From Cycas panzhihuaensis (lineage: Eukaryota > Plantae > Cycadophyta), in the NCBI GenBank assembly GCA_023213395.1, contig CM041465.1:188425741-188489740 (forward strand): a stretch of 64,000 bases of DNA. Reading direction: 5' to 3'. The translations under genes were made by a program, and so were the position numbers. Each line of letters begins with the position of its first letter. Positions within the stretch are counted from its first letter, which is position 1. Below, piece after piece: positions 13,801 through 27,100 of this stretch. The notes under the pieces are model-generated. The model had not been told where the DNA came from. It worked only from the letters and a program-made list of their open reading frames with translations, and ran no database searches.

Positions 13801-15129
13801 AGGGGTATATTACCTCTACCAACTGATTCGTAGGATGTATCATCACCAAACATTATTGATCCTTTTATACTTTTATCTAAAGTTTGAAATATGCTTTCCT
13901 TGTAAGTTATGTAGGTTGAATAATTCGAGTCAATATACTAATTGATGTCCTCTTCTTCCTTGGAAGTAAAACTAGATAAAAATAATCTATTATTATCCCT
14001 TGATTCTATAGTGGTATGGGCACTCCCTTTGGTTATCCCTTGATTCTATAGTGGTATGGGCACTCCCTTTGGTGGGTGGTTTATGTTTTGAGAAGTACTT
14101 ATCTTTAAAATAACTACTTCTATGACAATAGGAGCAATATAAAGGTTCTCTCCTTCCATAACTTAGACTCTTACTTCTTGGATGAGTTTTATTAATATTG
14201 GACAGTATTCCCCTTTCCTCATAATATAGAGGTGGAATTTTCACTTGTCTATTATCATAGTCATCCTGATTTGACCTTGAGGTTTAAACATTCCCTTAAC
14301 AATTAGGGAAACATGTGTGTCCCTTAGATTATTTTCCATGGTTTGGGTACCTAGGAGGGTTCATATTTTATTAATTCCCTCCCTATCTCCTTTGATATGG
14401 AGCTTGGTACTTAGGAGGGTCTTGTCTCACATCCCTTGTAGGGTTTCTATCCCTTCTCTTGGGAGGTAATTCCCTAGATTTTGAAGTTCCTACTTGAGAG
14501 TGTGATTAAATCCTAGCCTTAGTAGCAAAGGCATACTCAAGCGATTTATTAGCATTTTGTTGCTCTTTAACTGACATTAACATAACACTTAGTTGCTTTA
14601 CCTTTAGTGTACTTAGTTCCTTTGACACCCCTATACTTGTTGCAACCATTTTAAATCTTCTAATAGCATCGACATAACTTAATATTCTTTCTACCACTCA
14701 TTGTTTTGTCAAAGTGTCCCCAAGTGACCTCATTTAGTTGACTATATCCTGAACTTTAGTCATAAACTTAATTACTAATTTCGTAGGCATCATTCATAAA
14801 TTCTCAAATTTGCTTCTAAGGTCTTGGAGCTTAGAGGAAGTAGCTCCTTCTTAGATCATCTGGAGTATGTCCCATGCTTCTTTTGATTTGGTTGATTCGC
14901 TAACGCGAGGGAAAATATAATCCTCTAATGCACATAATATAAGTGCAAGAGCTTTGTTGTCCTTTTTAATGTTTTCCTTGTATGTGGCTTTTTGAGCATC
15001 AATTGTATTCTATCCTAACTCACTATATTCTATTTTCATAATCTCCTATATATCATTAGTAACAAGGATAGGTCTTATCCTCTTACTCCAGTTAAGAAAG
15101 TTATTTCTATTGAATTTAGAAATTATCAT
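10886..15129 (-). pseudogene. Copia gag-pol pseudogene (gag, zinc knuckle, PR, GAG-pre-integrase, IN, RT, RNase H)
   Basis: MIISKFNRNNFLNWSKR (Gag-N), CSYCHRSSYFKDKYF, LWHRRFGHLNY, LYMDD (~11816-11830), WVGDIDDRKSTLGY; many stops and frameshifts. Confidence 0.92.
13993..14072. repeat. Perfect 40-bp tandem duplication
   Basis: TTATCCCTTGATTCTATAGTGGTATGGGCACTCCCTTTGG x2. Confidence 0.97.
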
Positions 15130-15330
15130 GTTTATAAGGCTATAGACTATTTTTAACTAAGGTTTTAAAAGTGGTAAATAAAGTGAAGTTGACAAAGATT
15201 TGAGTTTGAAATTTAACCTAAGAGATAATATCTAAAGTTTTGCCCAAAGTTTTCAAAGTGTCATAGTCCTTAATAAGGTTTTTAGGCTCTAAGTTTAAGG
15301 GTCTCTAAGGGAAATCTTTGGTTGCTATTC

Positions 15331-17371
15331 TGTTTAGTGGTGCCTGCCCACAAGTGAAAAAATAGGGACCCAATATATTAGTACATGAGTTTAAGGCTCG
15401 ATATACCTCATTACACATGCTACTATGAAGGTTTTTACACCTCCCTTGAGTTGTTTATCCATCTGCACTAGACTTATACCTCACAACAGATCTAGTAGTG
15501 AAGGTTACATGAACCGAAGCACTCACCCTGTTTAGGTCTAGCCTTGGTCTCTGGATATCGATAAGGATTAGTTCTCCACCTCAACTTACCACATAATACA
15601 TCTTATAGACAATGGATTTCCTCATCCAATATGAGTAGGCCAATTGTCGTATGCATGGTGGTAACTTTAAGGGTCCTAACCATTCCCTTTACAAGACTGG
15701 AAAATAATGTGATTGATTCAGGGATTATCTTTTATAATGTGAGAATATATTTGATTAAAAATATGGTCTTGCTTAGCTTTTTCAAGGTTCCTTTTATGCA
15801 AGAAATAAAATAACTCAAAAAATAGATCCACTAATCAAGATAAATGTAAAGATCAACTTTTATAAAATGGAAATATATTTCAAACATTTTTAAAATAAAC
15901 TTTCTTTAAATATGAATAAAGTAAGTAAATGAAATGATGCTTTTCTTCTTTAAGTAAACCAAAGAATATAAGCTAGTATGAAAAATAGTTCTTTCAACTT
16001 GATATATTTATAGAAAGAAACAAGAAACTATATGCTCCTTTAATGCTTTGAAATGTAAACTAAACTTTATAGCTTTCAATGATTTTGAGACAAGTAATCA
16101 ATGAGATTTGTAACTAACTTAGTAGCTTTCAAATTGAATAAGAACTAAAGTTTTTAATAAAAATAAGATGATTTCTTTGTCAAATTATACAAGATAATAA
16201 GAATGCCTAATTATTCTTTTGCAAAGCAAAATAACTATATGAAAACTTAAAAATTCTATGTAGAAACTTTACTTAAAGTAATAAAAATACTAGAAAGTTA
16301 TATATATTCAATTAGTAATGTAAGAAATAGATAGATTTAATATAGATTATACCTGATTATTGATTTTACACCACTTAGGTTGCTAGAAGCTCAAAGTGCT
16401 GAGAAAAATATCTCTTAACAATAAAATAGCTTAAAAAAATATACAAAGACCAATAGTAACTCTAAGAATCAATTAGTAATAAACAATGATTCAATTATAA
16501 CTCTTTGAAATAATAAAGTGCTTAAAAAGTTATAAAAACATGCATATTTAGTGTTGAATAGGAAGCTCAAGTTTACTAGCTTTAAAAACCTACAAAATGA
16601 TATCAAAATATAATAAAACTAATTCTAAATTATAGTACACTAAATTACCTTTCCAACAAATCTAATGGTTTGAAAAAAGGAGTTCATATGGCGGTTATTA
16701 TAGAAACTATAAGAAGGCCTCTTTATGGCTAGTAAGATAATAGCTAAAAGAAAGGATGACTTTGACCAGTTAAAACTTGCATAAAATAATCTTAAATTTG
16801 GTAAATAATGATTCTACACTATAGCACTATAAAATACAATATCAATAAAACTAATTTCACTAAAATCCGATATGCCAATGATGAGATACACCATTAAACG
16901 TGATAGTGTCTCTTAGGGTAAATTTATAAAGAAACCTTTAACAAATCAAGTTTGCCCCTTTTGATAATTGGGGTGAACGATCATATGAGACTGATTTAAA
17001 CAAAAAATTAGATGTTAGTAAGGGCAATAGACCTTAAACAACTAGAAAATATCTGTTAATCGATGAAGGCACCCAAAATAAAAAAGATCTCTTAAAAAAA
17101 TGAAGAAGTAATCTCTTAAAGAGCTTAAGAACATGTCACATGCATAATGAAAATGGAGGCTAATAACCAAGGGGGCTAAGTCCATTTAATCATGGAATTT
17201 AAAAGTTATAAACAATGATTAAATTTTATTTAAACTTTATAAAATTAAGATGATAATGTATATTGATTTAATATAAGAAATCAATATAAAAAATGAAATT
17301 TTAAATGTGCGGAGGTTTTGCGACCTATGTAATGATGCAGAGGGCAATTTAGAGCAAAATTGATGTCTACA
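15331..17371 (-). mobile_element. Putative ~2 kb Gypsy-type solo LTR inserted in the Copia leader
   Basis: Minus strand starts TGTAGACATCAATTTTG, ends ..CACTAAACA; non-coding and interrupts the leader; TSD not recognisable. Confidence 0.45.
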
Positions 17372-17863
17372 ATCGATTTGAGAGGTGTAGACAAGGGTTT
17401 CAAGGTGCTACAGACTCAAATTTAGAGTCAAAATAAGAAAAAATGAATTAAAAAATGACTATTTAAGCTTGTTTAAGAGGGTATATGGTGATGAACAATG
17501 AATGAAAAGAATTGAGAATAGAGGTCAGATCTAGCTAGAATAGTCATTCAGAGTAGCCTCAAACTTTCTATTTTGCTTACTGAATAGGGGCACCTAACTT
17601 CATGGTCTCAAAACATTAAAAAATTTTAAAAATTATTTGTTTTAAATGAAAAAAAAGGAAAAATAAGAAAAAACTGGATAAAGAAGTTTCAATGACTCAA
17701 ACTCTTTACTAGATACACGAATCCTCATGAAACTTGAAACATAGATAGATATATTTGGTGTCTCAAAGATGGTAAAATTTCATGAGCAATGGTTGTTGTT
17801 GGAGTTAAATGTCATCACTCAACTCCCTCTTACCTATCAAGATTGTGCACCTCAATTTACACA

Positions 17864-18374
17864 TGTGATGCTCAATACGTCAAGGTAAGTTAAGGTAAGT
17901 TTATGTTAATTTGAGTTAAGTTACATTATTTTATTATTAATTTGAATTCAGGGGTTGAAGAGTTTACCTACTCCCCTAAAACTATTTATATTATGGGGTG
18001 TACAACCCTAGTGTCTTTATACACTGCCTCCTTTGAGGATATTTATCATGCTCTCAACAACAATGGATTAAAAACAATGCTATCATGCTCTCATAGTTCA
18101 TTTATGCAATATCGATCTACATTGCTATATTGTTACATAGATTTGTATTGAATATTTGATGTAATATTGTTATTTTGAATATATTAAAGTTTATTATATC
18201 TTCTGCCTTGTTCTCTTGCTATATATTTCCTACATTTGGTATTAGAGCATAATCTAGCTATATTCTATTTCCTACATTTTGTATCAGAGTAGTCTAGCTA
18301 CATTATATTCCATCATTTGGTATCAGAATAATTTAGTTACATTCTATTTCCTACATTTGGTATAGGAAATAGAA
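17864..18374 (+). mobile_element. LTR (~370 bp) followed by a tandem array of LTR-end+PBS units
   Basis: TG at 17864 (approximate start), LTR end TTTCCTACA at 18234, then four ~40 bp units each with a variant of TGGTATCAGAGC. Confidence 0.65.
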
Positions 18375-18750
18375 ATTAGAACAAGCCTCTGGACCAAAAT
18401 AGGCTAAAAATAGATATGTGTTCACTCTAGGAGTGATATCTTACAATACAATCTACGAAACAAGGTGAAATATTTTCTAGTAGTTAGATAACTTAGCTGT
18501 GAGTAGAATAAGCAATTATATGCTATGGTTCTAAGTAGTGTAGAAGGAGCACAAGTTGGTTCTAATATGATAAACAATAGTTCCAAAAATAATAATGGAG
18601 AAATAATGTAGCATAATAAAATATTAAATAATATTTTTAAATTTTCTATAGTTTATAACCCTCAATCGAATAATATTGCTTCATACCAAATAGTTGTGGA
18701 GGATTTGCGATACATAATGTGCGTCCACTAAACCATGCTCTAATACTAAA

Positions 18751-19113
18751 TGAAGGATGTGAGGTACAAAGCGGGACCAAGTTATATTGATGAGTGCATT
18801 ATTCGCAATTGAGAGTTAATAATTCCAAATAAACTTTGGCAGTGTTAAAAAATACCAGGGAGGTATTCCTACCCCTTTTATAAGCAAATTTGGGGAGGCA
18901 GCAAGTGCCTTAACTTGACCTACCCAAATTCAAATTAATATTAAAAAAATAATAAATAATTAAATAAGCACATACCTTAATAATAATATGTCTGCTACTT
19001 TGGTATCATGAGGCAGCTATTATATGGCCCGAGGTGCCCTAGGGAGACCCTAAGGTGGCTTTGAGGGGCCCTAGGTGCACATTAGCATAGGTACATTGGG
19101 TATTATCCCAACA
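18751..19113 (-). repeat. 5' LTR of full-length Copia (363 bp)
   Basis: TG..CA ends, PBS adjacent, TSD outside. Confidence 0.95.
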
Positions 19114-20039
19114 AGAAGAAGGCGATAGCATAAATTCTAGGTAGTGGCATGTGAAAATAGAGAGAAAATGACACATTTAACCTAAAAAAAGTTTGTATAT
19201 ATAACAATAAAAATTATGATTTTATATATAAAACATGATCGATCACATTCTATAAAGGATAAAAAATGTGACTTTAAACATATAATATGATTAATTACAT
19301 TTTTAGCAATACTAAAAATATAATAACAAAAAATAAAAAATTTACTAAACAAAATTCAGAGCATTACTAAAAAACTAAAGTAAAATAACTTCATCAAAAA
19401 TAAAAGTAGCCCAGAAAAGATGATAATTAAAGTATAAAATTAAGAGAAAAATATCAGAATAAGGAGTGTTGTAAAAGGAAAATTAGATTAGAATGGATTA
19501 GGAGAAAGATTTTGATGATATAGGTTTATTCATTGGCAGATAGAAGACATAATAATACATTCATCATCATCTAATCATCAATCATCATGCATCATTTACA
19601 TTGTAATTCACCAAAATCATATCAAACTTAATTAAAAGTATAGCATAATATTGTAAACATCAAATACAATCTAGTTTAACAAGGAAATGTGTCTATAATC
19701 AAGTAAAATAATCATCAAGATAGATGGAAATTAATCAAGGGCTAGATTTTGGTGAAACATTTGTCCCCTTGATACCTAAAGCTCCTACTTTAATATATAA
19801 GCTAGATGGTGAGAGGCGACAATATCTCATAGGTAAATATCTCTAAAAACTAATAGCAAAAGGAATGGAGTGATGATTATATAAATGATGGAAAGATAGA
19901 AAAGGAAATTTAACTAGCCTTTTAAAACTTATCAAAACTAGGTTGAGAATAAATCCTAACTTCATTTAGACTCTAAATCAAAAGTCTCACTAAAATACCT
20001 ACCAAATAGATAGGGCTTAAAAGATAAAATGTCATAAGG

Positions 20040-20480
20040 ATACCCATAAACAAGATGGGATTTACCACTTATTTAATCATGGGTACTACTGGAGATGCCT
20101 ATAAACTAGATGGGGCTTAGGAATAAACTTAATCAATAATACTACCAATAATACCCATTAATTAGATGTAGCTTAGTAATTAGGTGGTCATAGTTTTATC
20201 TTATTAACCATGCTTCAGAGGTAAGGTCCCTTTGTCAGAGCATGCATGATAGACTATCATAGTTTGTAAGCTTATTAGCAGGTGATGGCTTTCAAAGCTT
20301 GAGAGGAATAGATTATCATAGTTTAGACTTATTAATAATAAAAATTTGGAGCTTGATTATCATAGTTTAGGATCATCGACAATCAAGTTTTGAAGCATGA
20401 TGTCATCATAGTTTCAACTTTTTAGTAGATGGAATAATCCATAGTGATAGGCTACTATAGTGTAAGCTCATTAGTAGCTA
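20040..20480. repeat. Degenerate tandem repeats in the Tat-like 3' untranslated region
   Basis: CC(C)ATAAAC(A/T)AGATG-like motif x3 at ~55 bp period; ATCATAGTTT core x6. Confidence 0.55.
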
Positions 20481-22223
20481 AAATCATGGAGCAAATCAGA
20501 TCAAAAGAGAACAAATAGAACCTCTAAAAGTTATTGTGTTTAAATAATAATGACCAACACTAAAAAAACTTATTATCAAATAAGAAAATACCTTAATTGA
20601 TGAAAAAATACCAAGATTTTGAGTCTAGGGAACTCCATTTCAAAAATGGTAGCTAAAATTAGGTCTCTTTTCTTTAATATATATAAGGTACTTTATGCTT
20701 ATTCTGGACTGGTGGTTTATACTCATTCTAGAGTGAGGTACCCTTAGTGCAAAATGAAATCTGCCCATGGTAGTCATTCAGGTTAAAAGAAACTAGAGTG
20801 TTAGCTTTAGTATTAAGAGATCATGGGATATATTGAATAGTAATATAAGAGAATAAGGATAATAATAATGAAGCTTGATGGTAAAGAGTAAGGGTCTATA
20901 GAGAATGGATCTATTAAATACCAACCAACTAATAAACAACAACTTGAGAATTAGAGTAGATAATAGTAGAACCATCATAAAACTAGGAAACATCTAATAA
21001 GACTCCTATAATGGAAAAATACTCAGCTTTATTACTAGTTGGTCTATGTAGAAATAGGTTAGTAGATAAAAGGAGGTTTTCTGATTGATCATATATCACC
21101 TATATACTGGCAGATGGTCCTAGGTTGCCTTTATTATCTACATCGATGAATATACTCAATACCATGAGTAAGATAGGAGCTAAAGTTAGAGACAAAGTTA
21201 TTGATGAAGGGAAATTATGGGAATTAGTCAGTGGGGAGTTGGTGTAAAATGATAGGAGAGTGGTTTCAACTGCAAGGAGTAAAGGATAATATCATAACTA
21301 GAATAACAACTAACGATCTAAAGGATGTCAAACAAGGTTTGATCACAAATGAGGCCATAATGGACCTAAGCAGTTGGATCTAAAAATCTTAAGTGACACA
21401 CTTAAATGAACTCAACCCATATTAAATATAGATGGGGATGAAGCTATGATGTGACTTACCTTGGATAGCAAGAGGATGGTAACAATAATACTTTTTATGT
21501 TTTACACTTTTTTTTTTTTTTTTACTACTTTCTTGATTTTCATTTTTTTTTAATCATTTTTTTAAACTTTTTTTCAATAATTATAAGAGAAAGGATTTAG
21601 GAATCATCTAATTATGATATATCCCTTCTTAATGCAATAAGAATTTCTCCTTTTTAATGAAACTGAAAGGGAAAATAAGAAACCAAATTCCTCAAAGATC
21701 AAATTATAGCAAACAAAAGGAAATCCAAATCACAATGTCTTCAAACATAAAGGGAATGCGACAAAATGAGTATTCACTTCAAGAGTGTAAATAGAGTAAA
21801 CCAAAGATTAACAGATAAAGAAAAGTAGGTGATATATGAGCAAAGAGAAAACTATAGAGTGAAAGAAAAGATATAAGAGATGGATCAAATAACTGGTATA
21901 ATAACTAAAGTCAACAAAATAGACCTTATTTTATAAATAACTATCAAGGGTGAAATTAGGGGACAAAGTTCTATTCTAAGTTTATAGCTTAGAAGCGAAG
22001 AAGATAAAAGATGATAATAAAGGAAGGTTTCTAACAACTAATGCCTATGCCAAAAGAGGAGAGTAGTCTTACATGGTTGATAGAGTATCACTTAATAAAA
22101 GAAAAAGAAAACTGAAAGAATGTAAAGAGTAATTGAAGAAGGAAATTATCCATAGTTTTATCTCATTAGATAATATAACTTTTTGGAGTCATAGTTTATC
22201 CTTGTTGTAGAAACCTATTATCC

Positions 22224-22750
22224 TTAGGCATAAAACTTCCTTACGAATTAGGAATTAATGGGCTTATTAAACTTCAAGCCCTCTAATATGGAAATTCGAT
22301 AGGCACCATTCTCTAAGTCTTCAATAACCAAGTAGGTTCCATACTATTTTGGAAAGAACTTTTATTATTTATCATAAAGATATTCTAACTCTAACATTTT
22401 ATCATATACGCAAAATTTTCTAGGTCTAAGCTACCTATCATGTGTAGTTTAAATCCTTATTTTAGAAGCTAAGTTATTTTAAAGCACTGAAAGATAGGTT
22501 TCATCGACTTTCTCTAATTCCAAAAGATGTGCTTCTCTTAAAACTCTTCATTAGTAAATTCTTTTAATGAGACTCGTAATGAAGGAATTTTGACTTCTAA
22601 AGGAAGAATTGCTTCAACACCATAGACTAAAGAAAAATGTGTTATACTAGTAGCATTTCTAATCAAGGTTTGATATGGCTATAATGTTAGAAATAATTGA
22701 GCATGCTAATCACAATGGGAGTTTTTTATTGTCTTGGCTAAGATCTTATC
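22224..22750 (-). pseudogene. Gypsy (Tat/Ogre-like) integrase C-terminal remnant
   Basis: PYQTLIRNATSITHFSLVYGVEAILPLEVKIPS ... FPK*YGTYLVIEDLENGAYRISILEGLKFNKPINS..KFYA*. Confidence 0.8.
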
Positions 22751-24165
22751 CAATCTTTCACTAATTTTCCTATAAATATTAAATAATCAAAACACTAACA
22801 AAACTTAAAGGATGGGACGAACTCTCTTGGAAAGCTTGACTGCTATGGAGAATGGGAGGGAGAAACATTAAAATGATGGTGAAGAGGAAGATCTCTCTTC
22901 ACTATAGACAACCCCTAAAATTCCTATAAAAAGTTGACCTTACGGACAATATTTTTTCAAAGGAAACTAAGAAACAATAGGAACAAAGACTAAGATCTTG
23001 AAGATAACATAAAAAAGGGCAAAATATAATAATTAATCCATCAAAACATAAGAAAAAGAGTGGTAGAAAGACATTACCAAATCTCTGATAAAAGAGTTGA
23101 AGCTCAAATGAAGACTTTATAGTAGATAGACATTTTAACAGATCATAGAAGACAAAGTTTTAGTAGCAGTTTTAAATTCCAAGTCTCTTCTCTCTTGAAG
23201 CTCTCTTTTTTTCCTTGCCAAAATATGCAATGCTTCAGTTTTGGAGGGTTTAGGTAGTTTTCAGACGAAAGAGAAGGCGATCATACAAAATTTGGGTAGT
23301 AAGCAATAAAAATATGAGGGAAATAGTATGTCTGACTGAAATATTTCATGGATCACAGCAAAAGATATAATTTCCTTTATAAAACACAATCAATCATGTT
23401 TTATGAAGGATGAAAAATGTGATTTCATTCATAAAACATGATTGATCATGTTTTGGGAATATAATTACATTTTTGGCAACACTAAAAATTTGAAGAAATA
23501 GGAAATCAAAAATGAAAAGGAAACATAAAACAAATTATGAAACATCATGAAAAATTAGGAAGAATATGACTATTAAAGACAAAAAGAATAGGCTAGAAAA
23601 GGTGATCAATGAAGAACAAGGCACATAAAACACCGTAAATTGATAACCAAAGTATAAAAATCAAGAGAAAATGATTGGAAAAGAAATAAAAGATAAGGAA
23701 AAATAGGTTAGAATGGAATAAAAGGGAAGATTTTATTGCTATAGTTTCATTCATTGGTATATGGAATATATTATGAGACAACCATCATCATCCATCATTA
23801 ATCATCATTCATCATTTACATTTTATTTTACCAAAATCACATAAACTCAATGGAAACATAACATGATATCCCAAATAATCAAATACCATCTTATTAAATC
23901 AAATAAAGATATCTACAATCATATAGAATAATCAATCATGATAAAAGAAAATAATCAAGGGTTAGATTTCGGTGAAACAGAGAGCAAAAAATTTAACCTT
24001 TAAGAAAAAGATAAAAATGTCTATTATAAAGAGATGCTACTTATCTTATATGCCCTAGCTAAATGGATGCAATACTTATTAGGAATAAAATTTATAATAC
24101 AAATGGGATATCATAGCCAAAAATACTTCTTGTCATAACCTAAACTATCAAAAAATTACTATAAA

Positions 24166-27100
24166 TGTTAGGTATAATATTCATGATTATATTGGGAGTA
24201 TGTGAGCTTCCCTATAGCTGACACATGATAAGGTAAGCTTTATTTTATTCATGTTTTATTATTATTTTAATTTTAAGTTAGGTTGGTTGAGGAGGGCTTC
24301 CAACTGCCTCCTAAACTATAAAAATTAAGGGTAAAGTACCTTAGTGTTTATCAATACCACTATCAATGTAAATTTATTGACTATTTTTAAAATGGATTGA
24401 ATAATTTTTCTATTATGCTCTGTCTCCTACGTCTCACATTTGGTATCAAAGCTTATTATTTTGTATACACTCAATTTGCTACAGGTTACTCATGAGAAAG
24501 GAGATTGGATTCAAATTCATTGAAGAAAACAATCACTCCATTTGATCTTATTTAGAGAAATAGAACTCTGTTTGAGATCGATTACTAAACAGGCAATTTG
24601 TTTGCTCACTATCTCCTCTCTATTCATTCGTGCTTCATTCAACATTCATCTTATTAGTTTCTTGTGTTGTTTGGAGATTTATGGACTATGTGGAAAAGAG
24701 ATACCCTTGCTTTGTCATAAAGATATATGTTGATCGGTATGCCATCGCATCCATACTTTGCTTACACTACACACAATTGTGTTAGCCCTAACTCCTGCCC
24801 ACATGAAGTGTGCTTAATAACCATGGAAGATTCATGGAAGGCTTAATATCTAACAACTGAGTCTAAACCCATCTTAATTAATATAATCAGACCTGCCCTA
24901 TTGATGGTCATAACTGCTGACTGATAGTGATCTGCCAATCTTAACTTTACAATCTGTTGCTCTAGCTCCTTACTAGTCGTGCATCATTGTGAAGTTCCCT
25001 GTGTGGCCCTTCATTGAGTTTTTTTCCCCAATATTTAATCTATTTTATTCATTTTCTGTTTGCTGGAATTCTCTGACACCTTTCATAAGAATCGTATGAC
25101 TATCCTCTTCTGCCTGTAATGACTGTCCTTAAATCTAGCTTTGAATAATATTTGCATCACTGCAGATTAAGCTCAAAACTCTCTGTTAATGAAATTGATC
25201 TGTTTTTTATCAATTATTAATTGCTTTTAACATGTTTTCATTACTTGCAGTATGTTTATTAACACATGATTAGTTTGATTCAATTATATATACTTTTTAA
25301 TTTCAAAGGTTCGACTTAATTAAATTGAATTAGAATTTGTTTAGGGTTCCATCTGCATACATTATCCCCCTTAGCCTCATTTGGTGGTCATATGCAATCT
25401 TCACATGACCTTGTTCTTTTTAGAAAAGTGGTAGACTTTAAATTTCATTAAATTATTTTTGATTATTTTAGTTTTTAGATCATTTAATTGTATTTCATAA
25501 TTTTCCAAGTCCACCAACCCCCCTTTGAACTTAGTAGTTAGTCTTATTGAGGCCCCATACGACCTCAGTTTTCAGGGAAGATTTGAAAACCCATTAGGGT
25601 ATATTTTATAATTTTAGATTTTTAAAATTTTTAAAATTTTTTAATAAATTTTCAAGTCTATAGCTCCATTCGCTTGCCAACGATTGGTTTTGTTAGTCCT
25701 CTAGGTGACTAGGGGCTACACTCAAAGGAGCTTAACCCCTTCCCCTGCATCCCCCCTCCCTTTATTTAAATTTTGACCATAACTAGGTCTTCTCACCATT
25801 TTGCTTATAACTTTTGATCTAGGAGTCCATTTTCTAAATGACTATATTTGTTGGAAAGATAATTCAATGATCTACATTCTAAAGCTATTTTTATTATGAC
25901 TTGAAGCTGTCTTATAAGAGTTCAAGGTTGCTAAAGTTAGCCCTTCTATTTGACCCTAATTTAACATTTTTTCAACATTTATGAGCTATTTTATTATTCG
26001 ATTCAAGTATATTTACATGTTATTAAGATACTAATCCATCTTTGACTAATTTCACTTGAGTTTTAGAGGCTAAAATCTTATTTCTTATAGTTTTTAGTTA
26101 AATTTAGCCTTTTGAAGGAGAAGAAGATATTTATATGTTAATCTCACAAACTAGTGCTTTCTAAACCCTAAATAATTTTAAAGTTATTATTTTATTTTAT
26201 AGCTCATTCACTTTACTTTAAAGCTCATATTAAGCTTATTTTACTTATTTAAGGCTCAACTTACTTTATTTCAAAGCATATTTTAAAGGACATTCAAGGC
26301 TATATTTTTGCATCTTAAAAGGGATCATATAAAGTGCATTTGTTGCTTATTTAATTTTAAATTCATCTTCAACTTATTTATCTATATATTAAAGTTCATA
26401 TTAGGCTCACTTTGCTTATCATTTATTGATTATTTTATCTTTTTATTAAAATTTATTTTAAAGATCAACTAAGATTTCTCTATTTCATTTAAAAGTTCAC
26501 TTAGAAGTGCATCTTATTGCATGCTTACAAGCTCACTTAAAAGCTATCTCATTTACCTTTCATTACATACTATTTTAGAGCTCATTTGGATCACTTTTGA
26601 AAGTTTGCTTGTTTCATATATTTTATTCAAAAATGTGCATTCATCTTACATTGATTTCATTTAAAAATATATATCTTTCATTTTATTATCAAGTTATTTT
26701 TCATTTGATATTAAAAGGATTCTTACTTGATTAATAAGACCATATATGTTTCCTTGGATTATGTATTAAAGTGTTTATAATGGTAATAAATCTTGGTGAT
26801 ACAAGTATACCTATATTTAATGGAACCAATTTTAAACTTTGGAGAAATTTGATGAAATCATATTTTATTGCTAATAATCTTTGGAAATATATGAAGGATG
26901 GTTACAATGATGTAGGTTTTAAAGCTACCTTAGAAGATGAACAAAACTTTAAAGAAAATGTGAAAAAAGATAATGAAGCCTTAGCATTAATATTTTGTGT
27001 ATTGGATGACCATACATTCTCTAGCATAAGTGAGATAACCACATCAAAGAATGTATGAGACATTTTAGAATTAGTTTATAGGGGAGCCACTACAAAATTA

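Larger units (their letters stand above)
10511..19113 (-). mobile_element. Full-length Ty1/Copia element with both LTRs and perfect TSD AGAAG, nested in the Tat-like 3' LTR
   Basis: LTRs 10511-10872 and 18751-19113; AGAAG at 10506-10510 and 19114-19118; PPT 10873-10885; decayed Met-i PBS 18736-18750; host LTR resumes colinearly on both sides. Confidence 0.95.
8900..23979 (-). mobile_element. Tat/Ogre-like Ty3/Gypsy element, internally deleted (5' LTR joined to integrase C-half, long 3' region, PPT, 3' LTR); left end uncertain
   Basis: Two homologous LTR copies both ending ATCAAGGG(C/T)TAGATTT(T/C)GGTGAAACA (19759 and 23979) and aligning further left (10010-10500 with 22790-23270); PPT at 19760-19773; integrase motifs FSLVYGVEAILPLEVKIPS and GTYLVIEDLENGAYRI. 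Confidence 0.75.

Noticed and set aside
18218-18374. Regularly spaced ~40-bp repeats resembling a CRISPR array
   Set aside because: No unique spacers and no cas genes; units are LTR-end+PBS copies in a plant retroelement context.
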